A stretch of DNA of 64,000 nt from Nitrososphaerota archaeon (lineage in GTDB: Archaea > Thermoproteota > Nitrososphaeria_A > Caldarchaeales > Caldarchaeaceae): contig JBEPYN010000001.1 of assembly GCA_041641305.1 (NCBI GenBank), positions 768,001 to 832,000 of the forward strand, written 5' to 3'. A program made the position numbers and the translations under genes. The notes under the pieces are model-generated. The model was given only the letters and a program-made list of their open reading frames with translations. It searched no databases and was not told the DNA's origin. The stretch's first letter is position 1. Each line of letters begins with the position of its first letter. Below, one piece after another: positions 40,857 through 51,275 of the stretch.

Positions 40857-41625
40857 GCTTAGCCAAATCTAGGTATACCTCACCACCAAAAAGCATCGTG
40901 ACTTTTTCATGGCAGCTTCTATTTTTCGGGTGACAGTGAGTGACCCATCCAAGGCGTTGTAAAGGTTCAGTAATAGCTTACCACACTAGCGGCCATCTAT
41001 ACAAATTCGTAAAACTTATCACAGTATACACGATGTCGGGCTCGTCCCTATAGAAATGTAAGCTGTTTAGGTAAAACGAATGCAATGCCACAGCAGCGCT
41101 TCTCTGGCCATTGTCGTTCCTAGCCTCTGCGACAACATTTCTCGGCTTTATTGGAGCAGCTCTTGCATAACTCTGGTGGTCGCTGGAGTTGTGGGAGTTT
41201 TTCCGATGGGAACAGGGGTTTTGGGAGTCATAGAGATATGAGTGATCACGCTGGCGTCTCTCATCATACCCACGGGGGATAGGGTACTATATGATATGGG
41301 GTGCTTCCATTGTGTAGCCGGGGGCCTCATTCTGGCATGGCAAACCTAAGCAGCTGCCTGCCATGAATAAGAGTTAGCTCGATAAGACCTCTAAGGCCTT
41401 TCCCGTGGTGCAATAAACACTCCCCACACAGTAGCTCTCTACTCAACACATATTTAATAATTCAAAGAAAAATCCTTTTGGCCTAGGTCACTTTATCATG
41501 CTGTGTGTAAAGCTTTGCTAGCAAAACGTTGTTTTGAAGCTGGATGTTGCCTTTCATGTTCTATACCATAATTGATCTGCTTGATGGCGTACTGTACGGA
41601 CACTAACGTTCCTCTCGGGTATCCA

Positions 41626-41784
41626 TCATCTCGACCCCAGTATGGTTATCCTGTACGGCCTGCCCCTCTTACCGTCGTTGTTCTCCCTAATCTCATCAGG
41701 ATAAAGCCTTATGAACCCCAGATCTAGTATGAGGATGCCCCTCCTGATGAGTCTCTCATCAACCCTCCCCCAGTAGGATGTCAT
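41626..41784 (-). mobile_element. Truncated IS5-family (IS903-like) transposase N-terminus
   Basis: MTSYWGRVDERLIRRGILILDLGF..NDGKRGRPYRI; 27/29 nt identical to 31857-31885. Confidence 0.7.
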
Positions 41785-41817
41785 TGAAAAGGAGAAGTAA
41801 AGGTAGGCCTTACCCTT

Positions 41818-42652
41818 GAACTCGTCTCTAAATTATTTAAGCGCTCTTAGGTTTATGTCTCCTCAGCATGGAGTTCAGGGAGCTCAGTGATATCTCGTGG
41901 GAGTTGATTAGGCCGCTTCTCCCTCATAAGCCCAGGGTCGATAGGCCTAGGGCTGATGACAGATGCGTTATAAACGGCATACTCTATGTCGTCACTACTG
42001 GGTGCCGATGGATGGACATGCCTGCTGAATATGGTTCTCATAAGACGGCTTGGAGGAGGCTTAGGCTTTGGCAGGAGCTGGGCGTCTGGGACAGGATATT
42101 GAGGGCCCTTGCATCGTCTAGGAGGGCTAATAGGGTCGCAGTGGACAGCACCACCGTCGAGGCTAAAAAGTGGGAGAGCTGGTAGGGTACGACGGCTTCA
42201 GGGGGAGGAAGGCTCTAAAATACATGTCTGCGTCGACGGAGACTCCATGCCGCTAAGTATAGCCATAGGGCCTAGAAACGAGCACGACTTTAAGAGGCTC
42301 ACGGAGCTGGTCAGCTGGCTAGACGCGAAGCCCAGAGAGCCATACGCCGATACGGCGTACGATACCGAGGGGATAAGGAGTGACCTCTCCTCGATGGACA
42401 TAGAGCCTAACATACCTGTCAACCCAAGGAACGGCAGGAGACCAAGACACTACAACGTGGAGCTCTACAGGAGGGTGAGGAGCGCAGTAGAGAGGTTCTT
42501 CGCGTTGATCAAGAGCTTCAGGAGGCTCGCGATAAGATACGAGAGGCTGGTTGAGATGTTCAGCGCATTCATGAAGGTAGAATGCATAATAATCTACATC
42601 CGGAGGAGGAAATTGAAATGAGTTCATGGAAACGGAATTTGGAGACGAGTTC
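41818..42652 (+). mobile_element. IS5-family element (IS427/IS1031-like) with a frameshifted transposase and 17-bp TIRs
   Basis: TIRs GAACTCGTCTCTAAATT (41818) and AATTTGGAGACGAGTTC (42636), 16/17 match; motifs TGCRW.DMP, VDST, ADTAYD and VERFF..FRRLAIRYE. Confidence 0.9.
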
Positions 42653-43118
42653 GGTTATGATGGATAATTCGGAAAAACGGATTGATGTGGTTGCATTTTT
42701 AACCTATAAGGGTAGCGAGCTCAGGCTCTGGATTGCCGTAACGGAGAGGATGGATGTTGGATGCGTTATTGAGGCCAAGATATATCATAAGATGGATGAG
42801 AGCGCGGAGGCAGATGAATAACTATCGTATCTCTCTCAAAGAATCGACGAGGAATTATCTAGAGCTTAAACGAAGCCCGCCTGAGCAGGTAGAATCCCTC
42901 AGACTCTTGGAGAGCAGTATGTCACCGTATTCTGCACTGTGGCCCTATCACTGCAGTTACTCACTGTTGTCTCGAGAAAGGATTGTAATCTTCCGCCCAA
43001 TTTTTAACTGACTACATGGACAGGATTTCATACTATCCCTTTGCTGAGCTGTGGTCAAAGCATGTTGTAGAGGAACTATGGAAGCGTGTCTATTGGAAAA
43101 TTTTTCAAAATGCGTGCT

Positions 43119-43619
43119 TCACCATAGAATGTCGGGCGCGTTTGTTGTTTGCAAAACCTTCACTTTGCCTGCCTGAGAAGCATTTGACACCTTCTCCCTG
43201 TCTATTTGCCATTTCTCCCGTGGTCCGGGATTCTTCCTGCTATGAGGAATAAACCAGCCGTCATCGATTATGTCACTTGGTATTAAGTAAATTTTAACCC
43301 AAAAATTCCTCAAATCATTTTTAAAGTTGAAAAAGACCCACGCAATCCATAATTTCATACCTCTTTTCTCGGACTCCTCCATACATTTCTTAAATTTTTT
43401 CCACTGTGGGGGAAAGTCTCTCAAGCCAGAATTGTAATGTTTTCTGGTGACTACCATTACAAGGGCTGGGCCTCCCAAGAGCTTATTCTCGTCCAATACG
43501 ACCAGGTCGTAGGTAAGGTTAGCTCTGCTTACGTTCAACACTATAGTCTCCCCAACCGATGACAGTAGACCCGCAACCAATGATTCTCCAAATTCAGCCA
43601 CCAATCCTGGTGGTACCAT
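43119..43619 (-). CDS. Hypothetical protein, possible restriction-endonuclease-like fold
   Basis: AT-rich ORF with a GE..V..LL..YDLV pattern; the catalytic ExK is not evident. Confidence 0.4.
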   Translation of the reverse strand: MVPPGLVAEFGESLVAGLLSSVGETIVLNVSRANLTYDLVVLDENKLLGGPALVMVVTRKHYNSGLRDFPPQWKKFKKCMEESEKRGMKLWIAWVFFNFKNDLRNFWVKIYLIPSDIIDDGWFIPHSRKNPGPREKWQIDREKVSNASQAGKVKVLQTTNAPDILW

Positions 43620-44034
43620 TCACCGTAGCCCTCACGGTTCATCCTAGCACACATGATATATATGTTCTTAATGAAGTGCTGACATTATCTTCCTACGTAT
43701 CTCGACCCTGGGCATGAATGGGTTGAGGTCGTGAAATGAAGCTCCCCAGCGTTTTTCTCCCCGCACTCTCGGCGGCGAGCGTCTTCGACACCCTTATCAC
43801 TGGCCTCTCCCTACAGATCAGCTCCACTGGGCCTCTAGCCTTGTTAAAAACGTGCCTTGCCCGCTTCACTCATCCTGAAAGCGCTCTCTCGGTTCGGAGT
43901 CCATGTGAGGAGATGTTCGCCGACCGCTCAGCAGTGTTCCTCTGATGACCGAGTTGAAGGTATTCTACTGAAGCGTTGTGCATCGGTCCATCTCGTCCTG
44001 CTGTGATGCACTCCACTCTCCTTTGACGCCTATG

Positions 44035-44712
44035 TCAAGAGTGTTGCGGCTTGTCGGCCTCGGCCTCGCTTATCCTCCATCCTGGGTGATGTCTTCTCGC
44101 CCATTTCTCGGAGACCATGCCGTGTGTTAGGATGGCGCGGAGGGTCTCCCAGTTCAAGGGATTTATAGCCAGCATGAAGTGGCCCGCAAGAGGTATTGCT
44201 GTCATTATGAAGCCTATGTCGTGTATCAGGAGTAACACGGCCTTATACCGGACCCCAAGTATGTCGAATACCATGAGTATTCCCGAGATGCCGAGTAGGA
44301 GGACGCCGAAGTGGACCAGCAGGAGGAATAGTTTCTCGATGGGGTGGTGGAAGCCTATCAAGGGGTATTTCTTTGTGATGCCGAGCCACCTGGCCATCAC
44401 GGTGAATGCATCCCTTATCTCCCTCCAGCTGGGCCACCACCACTCCTCACCCCTCGCCTGGATAGCTCTCGCAATTATCAGGGGTATGGCGGGGGCTAGG
44501 AGAATTATCGTGACGTAGTAGTGCAGAGTCTCCCTAACCTCTTCGCCGCCCAGTACGTTGTAGATAAACCCGAATAGCTTTCCATCAAAGACAGGCAGCC
44601 CCGTTATGAAGCCTATGGTCACGCCTAAGAGGAGAAGCCAGTGAGTGGCTCTCGCAAGCTTGCTCCACCTCCTAACCATCTTCTCACTCCTCATGTTTTT
44701 CCCTCCTTCCAC
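44035..44712 (-). CDS. Cytochrome b membrane subunit (PhsC/FdnI-like)
   Basis: Four TMs with heme His residues (RATHW, LHYY, IHD, GHF). Confidence 0.85.
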   Translation of the reverse strand: MEGGKNMRSEKMVRRWSKLARATHWLLLLGVTIGFITGLPVFDGKLFGFIYNVLGGEEVRETLHYYVTIILLAPAIPLIIARAIQARGEEWWWPSWREIRDAFTVMARWLGITKKYPLIGFHHPIEKLFLLLVHFGVLLLGISGILMVFDILGVRYKAVLLLIHDIGFIMTAIPLAGHFMLAINPLNWETLRAILTHGMVSEKWARRHHPGWRISEAEADKPQHS

Positions 44713-45475
44713 GGATTATGTGAATTATGCCAAGTATCACTGCAGCGGCCATCGCGGCCTCGGTTAAGGGCTTAACCACTAAATCCTTCAACCAACTCCA
44801 TTGCTGGAAGCTTGCTCCCTGGTCTCCGCCCCTGCTCGGATACCTAACCATCTCGTATGCGCCTCTCCTAGGAGCGTAGAAGAGCTTGGGCCTGGTTCCA
44901 AACTCGTCCCTGGGTGGAACCGCTAAGCCGTCTGCAACGAGCTTGTAGACAGGGTCGTCAGGATTGTCTAGGTCGCCGAACATTCTGGCCCCGAATGCGC
45001 ATTCCTCTACACATGCAGGAACCCAGAGTCCCTCACCATTCTTCCTATGGTAGCAGAAGGTGCACTTGTCGGGGACCCCTATCTTGAGGGCGTGCTCATG
45101 CTGGATGTTTCCATCAAACTCGTCCATTAGCCTCGTCCTAACACCGTAAGGACATGCATCAATACACAGCCCGCATCTGATGCATTTGCTGGAGTCGAGT
45201 AGGACCACTCCCTCAGCCGATACGTATGAGGCCCCTGTTGGACACGCATTTACACACGGCGGGTTCTCGCAGTGAAGACACTGGATGAAGACTCTTTTCT
45301 CACCCGCTGCTGTGCTTACGTGATAAGGCCGCGTTCGGGCATATTTTACAGGCTCATCAGGGAGTAGGAATGTTCCGTCCGCTCTCCTCCTCGCCGTGTT
45401 CTCGACTATGCATGCGATCACGCATGCATAGCATCCGACGCATTTGTTGAGGTCTATAACCATGGCGGGCCTCAT
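44684..45475 (-). CDS. 4Fe-4S electron transfer subunit (PsrB/PhsB-like)
   Basis: Motifs CVGCYAC, CLHCENPPC, CIRCGLC and CTFC. Confidence 0.9.
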   Translation of the reverse strand: MRPAMVIDLNKCVGCYACVIACIVENTARRRADGTFLLPDEPVKYARTRPYHVSTAAGEKRVFIQCLHCENPPCVNACPTGASYVSAEGVVLLDSSKCIRCGLCIDACPYGVRTRLMDEFDGNIQHEHALKIGVPDKCTFCYHRKNGEGLWVPACVEECAFGARMFGDLDNPDDPVYKLVADGLAVPPRDEFGTRPKLFYAPRRGAYEMVRYPSRGGDQGASFQQWSWLKDLVVKPLTEAAMAAAVILGIIHIIRGRREKHEE

Positions 45476-47927
45476 GCGCTCACCCTCCTCACCTTTACCC
45501 TGAAATCATATAATGCGGCAGTCCCTGTTCCCGGCAATATGATGAACGGTGATAGATAGTTTGTGTTTATCCCATGCTTTGGCATGTATGTGAACTTCAC
45601 CTTTCCGCTCTCATGGGGACCTGGGTTGAACCCGTGTATACCTGCTATAACCTCCCTGCTTATTTTATTGGTTAATCTAACCCTTACCATGAGTGATTTC
45701 CCGGATTCGGGATGAAGTACTTCTACTTCGTCACCGTCTCTTATGCCGAGCCTCGCTGCTCTCTCAATATGCATGAACACCTTATCCTTGCCTTCGTACT
45801 TGATGGGTTCGATGAGTAGCTTTGTGTCACGTGCCCATGTGTTAACCGCTGAGAGGTTGTGCATATAATCCACCGGGATAAATTCGTCATCTGCCAGTCC
45901 TCCACCCATCCATCCGGGGGGAACCCATGTAGGGAGAGGGTTCAGGATGCTCTGCTTCCCGATATGGTCTCCAAACATCTCCAATGCCTTTAGGTTGATG
46001 AGCTCTATCTCACCTGTAAGGGTTGTTAAGGAGCCTTTGGAGGTTAAGGGGCTGTAATCAGGCTCACTATATTTTGCCAGAGTCCCATGCTTTCTCAATA
46101 TCTCATAGTCTATCCCGAGTTTTTCACATTGACTCCTCCATACATCCTCAGGTCGAAGGATTATTTCGATATCCCCGCTCTTCTCAGGCATTAGCCTCCT
46201 AACAAGCTGGTATATGATCCACGCATGGCTCCTAGCATCGACGTCCGCGGGCGGGTCAACGGCCTTTGACATTAGGCTGACCTGCCCTATATGGGTTTTA
46301 GACACTCCATATAGGGAGGCGTTGTCAAACTCGAAGAAGAATGGGACGGGTAGTATCAAGTCCGCATACTTACATGTCTCATTCCACATTACGTCGAGAA
46401 CCATCACGAATTCCAGCTTGTTTAGCGCTTTTACGACTGTCCGGTCGTCTGGGACATGGGATACGAGGTTCTGTAAAGATATGATGGCGGCCTTGATGGG
46501 ATACGGTTTCTCCTCCAAGATGCTCTTGATGGCAAGCATCGAGTAGGACTTGGTGGAGGCCAATGGGTAGCCGTTCTTCCTCCAATACCCGATTACGCTC
46601 CCGACCTGTTTAGGCTCTGCCTTGAACGGCGCAGGTATCGAGAGCTTCCTCGGCCACGCCACCCCACCCTTTCTCCCCACGCACCTAGAAGAACATTCAC
46701 CAATGCAATAACCCTCCAAAGCATGGGGTCGTTAACGAACCTGACAGCCTTGTATCCATTGTATATGAATGCTCTTGGAGCATAAGTGTATAGGTTTTCA
46801 GCAACCCATCTGATATCGCCTGGGTTGACGCCGCTCACCTCACCAGCCCACTCGAACGTATATGGTTCTAAAGCATTCTTCAGTATTGCCAATGCTGTGG
46901 CTGTCTTCCGCCCCTCATACTCTCCCACGAATTCTAAGGACGGCTTAACCGCCTCGCTCTTCCACCTGAACTCTTTCAAAACTTCATCATAAACAAGGTA
47001 ATCCATCCCACCGTCTTCCTTCTTTCTTGTGGCTGTCGGCTTAAGTGTCCCGGGGTCGAAGAGCATGGGGGCGTTGGTGAACCTCCGCAGATAATCGGCG
47101 TCATAGCGTTTTCCAACAAGTATCTCCCTAGCTATTGCGAGGGAGACCGCTAAATCGGTTCCAGGCCTGACGAGAAAGTACCTCTCAGCGGCCTCGCAGA
47201 TATCACTATACCTAATCTCGAAGACCGCCACCCTAAGCCCTTTTGAGACCCCTGAGGATAGGACCTTGGCCCAAGGAGCTGCCACTATGCCGCCGTAAGG
47301 ATTCCTGGCCATGAACACGGCGAACTGCGCCCTCTCAAAGTCGTGGTAGATGCCTCCGGGCCCCACATGCGTCCCGAAGAGAAACCATCTCCCAGCATCA
47401 GCAGACATGTGACAAGTGTCAGCATAGTCGGTCACGTTCGGCGTCCCCAGAAGATATGCAAACGAATCCATTACGCCTTTCTCGCATCCCTGATGGGAGA
47501 AAACAATCATCTGCTCAGGCTTATTGAGATACTTTCTCAGGTTCTCGGCCGCGTAATCCAGAGCCTCATCCCACCCAATTTCCCTGAACTCCCCAGAACC
47601 TCTCTCGCCAACCCTGACCATCGGCCTCCTAATTCTGTCAGGGTGATTCCAGACATCAGCCAACGCCCTAGGTCTACCGCAGGCGGCAAAATACCTCTCA
47701 TACTTAGGGTCGAAATTGTGAACCACTTGGTGCAGAGTCTTTCCATCAATAACGCGAATCTTGACCGGGCAGCCCTGACCACAGATTATACAAGTAGAAT
47801 ACTTCCACTCCCCTTCTACGGGAGAAGCGGCTGGAAACCACTTTCCCGCACTAACATTATTCAGCACAACAAATGAAAGCGGAGACAATCCGACGACTTT
47901 GAGGAAGCCGCGTCTACCAAGGGACAT
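45472..47927 (-). pseudogene. Tat molybdopterin oxidoreductase (PsrA/PhsA-like thiosulfate/polysulfide reductase) split by one frameshift
   Basis: GRRGFLK, CIICGQGC and DTCH; the two ORFs join at GAWG|RKGG if one G is added to a G4 run (plus-strand C4 at 46675-46678). Confidence 0.8.
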
Positions 47928-48806
47928 CGTCTCTCAATTAAAAATCCTCTTGTGCATGATTTCAGTCTTGCTGTTCAAATGATTATAGTAGACTGCAGAT
48001 GCATAACATTGTTGACGGCTGCTGGAATTGAACCAAGACCCCAGATTTCATATGTAGCAGAGTTTTCTTACCAATTGTAGTGTTCGCAGCCTTACAGACT
48101 GGCTCGGCTACCTTAATCGTATTCTTCCCACTACTTGAATCTCCCAAAACCAGCGACAACATATGACATCACTAATATTTTCCAACACTGTGCTAGCCTT
48201 AGCAGCTCTATCGGAGGTTTTCCAGAAACACGCAACAGCCGAATCTGAGGTCTCTGCAATACATTTGAAAAGAGGCTTGATGTATTGAATAGATTTGACC
48301 CACCTCATCGTGTCCAATTTTTAGATCCACGCATTGTGGGCGCTGTCGCAAAGGTCACCATACGCCTACTTGGCCCAGCAATTGGGACAGAACACGTGAA
48401 CAGGAGAAATATTACAAAGGTTTTTGGAAATTGTGGTGAGGCCCTCAACTGCGTAACATGTTTGAAGCTGAGGAATATGGATGCGAACGCGATATACCCT
48501 ATGTCGACCATGGAGGGGCTCGTTAGAGTAATGGAGGAAGCAGATTGAACAATTGTATTCGGATGGGAACAGCAAGCGTGGGCTTTAGGCAGTTGCAACA
48601 AGTTTGGACGAGGAACAAGCGGCGGCGGAAAAAAGCCTGTCAAAATGAGGCTCTGGCTATGGCCTCCTGTGCTACGCCGCTTAGAGAGCTACCGTTAATA
48701 TGGTGTAAAAAGACGTGAAAGATAAGAACAAACATGTTCCTAAGATAGAAACTCTTTAGGCATTGGGCGCTGATGTGATGTAGTGGGGGGTTTAATTATA
48801 CATGGG

Positions 48807-49328
48807 TTAGTGTTTTCGTGTCTGTATGTAGGTTCCGAGGGCCGCTAAAGCCGCTGTAATCGCGAATGCTGTGATGAGCGGTAGCCTCAGTGTTGTGAGT
48901 GCTTGGATGAGGAGTAGGCTTCCCAGCAGAACTGTTGCTAGTGCTAAGATTTTTTCGGACAAAAGCACACCGATGACGAACAACACTATGCCGACCACTG
49001 CCGCGATGGCGAAGCCTGCGAGACCCGATGCTAGACTGTATCCGAGAATGCCCAAGGCTAATCCGATGCCGAGTCTGAGTGCGAAGATTGCCAACAACCC
49101 ACCTAAAACGAAACACGCTATCGCTGCAACAATCGATAGACCTGCCAGGTAAGGGGTGAGAAGAGCCAAGGCAAGGAATGCCGCAGCCAAGCCGCCGGCG
49201 ATGAATACAAGAGCTTTCGCAACCTTCTTGCCGACGAAAATCAGGGCAAGCGCCACAACAAACAGCACAGCAACCGGTAGAAGCGAGGCCGATGGCGGAA
49301 GAAACGTGGACAACAAATCCAGACTCAT
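48807..49328 (-). CDS. Multi-TM membrane protein (DUF4203-like)
   Basis: Almost entirely hydrophobic Gly/Ala-rich helices. Confidence 0.7.
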   Translation of the reverse strand: MSLDLLSTFLPPSASLLPVAVLFVVALALIFVGKKVAKALVFIAGGLAAAFLALALLTPYLAGLSIVAAIACFVLGGLLAIFALRLGIGLALGILGYSLASGLAGFAIAAVVGIVLFVIGVLLSEKILALATVLLGSLLLIQALTTLRLPLITAFAITAALAALGTYIQTRKH

Positions 49329-49384
49329 GAACAGAGACCACTATGACATCTACCTATGCTATATTAACTTGTAAGGGCTGTTCA

Positions 49385-49702
49385 TTATTTTTTCTTGGCG
49401 ACGGCGTATGCCCCCAGGGCTGCGATGAGTATTAGCAGTAGACCTATTGCGATGAGCGGGTTGATTGTCGCGGGGATCGTGAGGCTTGCTCCGATGACGA
49501 GTGCGACTCCTCCCCAGAGTATGTAGTATAGCTGTTTTCCCGAGACTGTGGCGTATGCGATTGTGTATATTCCGAATGCTGCGAGGACGATGCCGACAGC
49601 TGCCAAGGGCTGGATGGTGACTACGCCCGTGCCCGAGAGAATCAGTACCGCTCCGGCGGCGGCGAGAAGCGTGATTAACGCGCCTGAGCTGTATCTTGTC
49701 AC
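49385..49702 (-). CDS. Four-TM small membrane protein
   Basis: GTG 49702 overlaps the SPFH gene stop codon; hydrophobic throughout. Confidence 0.7.
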   Translation of the reverse strand: MTRYSSGALITLLAAAGAVLILSGTGVVTIQPLAAVGIVLAAFGIYTIAYATVSGKQLYYILWGGVALVIGASLTIPATINPLIAIGLLLILIAALGAYAVAKKK

Positions 49703-50736
49703 TGTATTTTCGCACCGCATTCGGGGCAGAATTTTGAGCCCTGCGGCACCTCGTGGCCGTTGGGGCATCTGGTCGACTGGGTGAGCGGTGCTCCACATTC
49801 GGGGCAGAACTTGGAGCCTACAGGTGCATCGTGTCCGTTGGGGCACTTGACCGTCGCTTGCTGCGGCTGGGGTGCAAGGGGTTTTCCGCAGTTGCCGCAG
49901 AACTTGACGCCCTGCTGGTTCTGGTAGCCGCAGTGTGGACATGCTACGAGAATGGTTTGAGGCTGCTGAGCAGGCTGCTGGAAGAGAGGCGGTATCACAG
50001 CTATACCTGCGCCCACAGCCGCCCCCGGACTCTGGGAGAGGGACTCGGCTGTTTTCTGCACAGTCTGCATCCTGAGAACCTCCGCAGCCGAAACACCTTG
50101 CCTCAAATAGAATATCCTATCCCTCCAATCCGGCGTCGTGTCGAGGCCCTCGAACTTGACATCTATCAGCTCGAGGCCTATTCTCTTGAAGGCTGTTCCG
50201 ACCGCGTTTCTCGCGATGAAGCTTGTCTCGTCAAGCCTTCCGTAAACATCGGTTATGCTGTGCTGGCTGAGCTCATCTATGAGAGACTCGTTGAAGTAGG
50301 CGCGTAGATATTCTTGGAGCTGCTCCGTCGAGTATGCGCCTTGAGACCCAACAACTTCCTGGACGAAGAGGTTGGGCTCCGAAACCCTGAACCAGAAGCT
50401 TCCGAAGAACTTGAGCGGGGCCAGCTCCTTTGTCTGACCCTGTGCACCAAACTTGCCCTGGAACTGCTTGAGCGAGACAAAAATCACGGCTGCTTTGAAC
50501 GGGACCCTGTCATAGCCCGTAACAGCTGCGAGAATTTTTCCGAGCAGCGGCAAGTTAGCCGTAGTGATGACATGCCGCCCAGCCCTAAAGACGTCGTATG
50601 CTTTTCCATCTCGTAGGAAAACCGCGGCCTGAGGCTCCTCAACTACCAGTGCACTGCCCCACTCTATCTCATTTATCGGATACCTCCAGACGATGTCTCC
50701 CTCTCTTGCACCCACCCATTGGATGACCTTCGGCAT
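49699..50736 (-). CDS. SPFH/Band-7 (YdjI-like) protein with three C-terminal Zn ribbons
   Basis: GSALVVEEPQAAVF..G.H.ITTANLP; CPHC..CGNC followed by two CPNGH..CPEC units. Confidence 0.85.
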   Translation of the reverse strand: MPKVIQWVGAREGDIVWRYPINEIEWGSALVVEEPQAAVFLRDGKAYDVFRAGRHVITTANLPLLGKILAAVTGYDRVPFKAAVIFVSLKQFQGKFGAQGQTKELAPLKFFGSFWFRVSEPNLFVQEVVGSQGAYSTEQLQEYLRAYFNESLIDELSQHSITDVYGRLDETSFIARNAVGTAFKRIGLELIDVKFEGLDTTPDWRDRIFYLRQGVSAAEVLRMQTVQKTAESLSQSPGAAVGAGIAVIPPLFQQPAQQPQTILVACPHCGYQNQQGVKFCGNCGKPLAPQPQQATVKCPNGHDAPVGSKFCPECGAPLTQSTRCPNGHEVPQGSKFCPECGAKIQ

Positions 50737-51272
50737 CAGCCGCTCACCTCAGCCAAGCCCCGCAACATCATCATCCTCTCGTCTATCAACTTATCGATTT
50801 CGGCCACAGCTGCGCGGAGCGTGTCCAGCTTCTGCCTCCATTCCTCAGACCCGGCGTTCGCCGCCATGAGCTCCGAGGCCAGCTTCTTCACTCTCTCAGC
50901 TCTCTCAATCATGGAGAGGTCATGCTCGATCACTGCGTCGAGCTTGTCCTCCCTCACTTTGACTGCGTCGAAGAGCCCTGCGTAGCCAGCCACAGCCTTA
51001 TCTATCCTCTGCGTGACCCTGTCAATCTCGGCTCTGAGGTTTTCGAAGGCAAACTTGGCGTCGGAGTCGTAGGCGAGTTTCCTGACAACGGAGGGATTCA
51101 TCGGAGCGTTGAGAATGTCTCTCGATTCCGCGAGTAGGGAGCTTACCTTTCTTCTGACGAGAATGTCTGTCTCTCTCCTCAGCTCCTTCTCCTTATAGCC
51201 CCTGTATCCCGGAATGTAGCCTGCGACACGTTCAAGCAGTCCCATCTCCCTCTTGACACGGTCCACCGACAA
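50736..51272 (-). CDS. Conserved helical/coiled-coil hypothetical protein
   Basis: IPGYRGYKEKELRRETD..GYAGLFD; all-alpha; operonic. Confidence 0.75.
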   Translation of the reverse strand: MSVDRVKREMGLLERVAGYIPGYRGYKEKELRRETDILVRRKVSSLLAESRDILNAPMNPSVVRKLAYDSDAKFAFENLRAEIDRVTQRIDKAVAGYAGLFDAVKVREDKLDAVIEHDLSMIERAERVKKLASELMAANAGSEEWRQKLDTLRAAVAEIDKLIDERMMMLRGLAEVSG

Positions 51273-51275
51273 ATC

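Noticed and set aside
42655-43010. RIDVV...VIEAK fragment suggesting a PD-(D/E)XK nuclease
   Set aside because: Too short and broken to call; possibly a gene remnant.
43943-44010. Possible C/D box sRNA (TGATGA...CTGA)
   Set aside because: C' and terminal D boxes are poor and no guide target could be verified.
47990-48700. Short ORFs including a CPNC motif
   Set aside because: Fragmented, with no coherent reading frame or recognisable family.
49703-49942. N-terminal extension of the 49385-49942 ORF
   Set aside because: It overlaps the SPFH Zn-ribbon coding region; the real start is likely GTG 49702.
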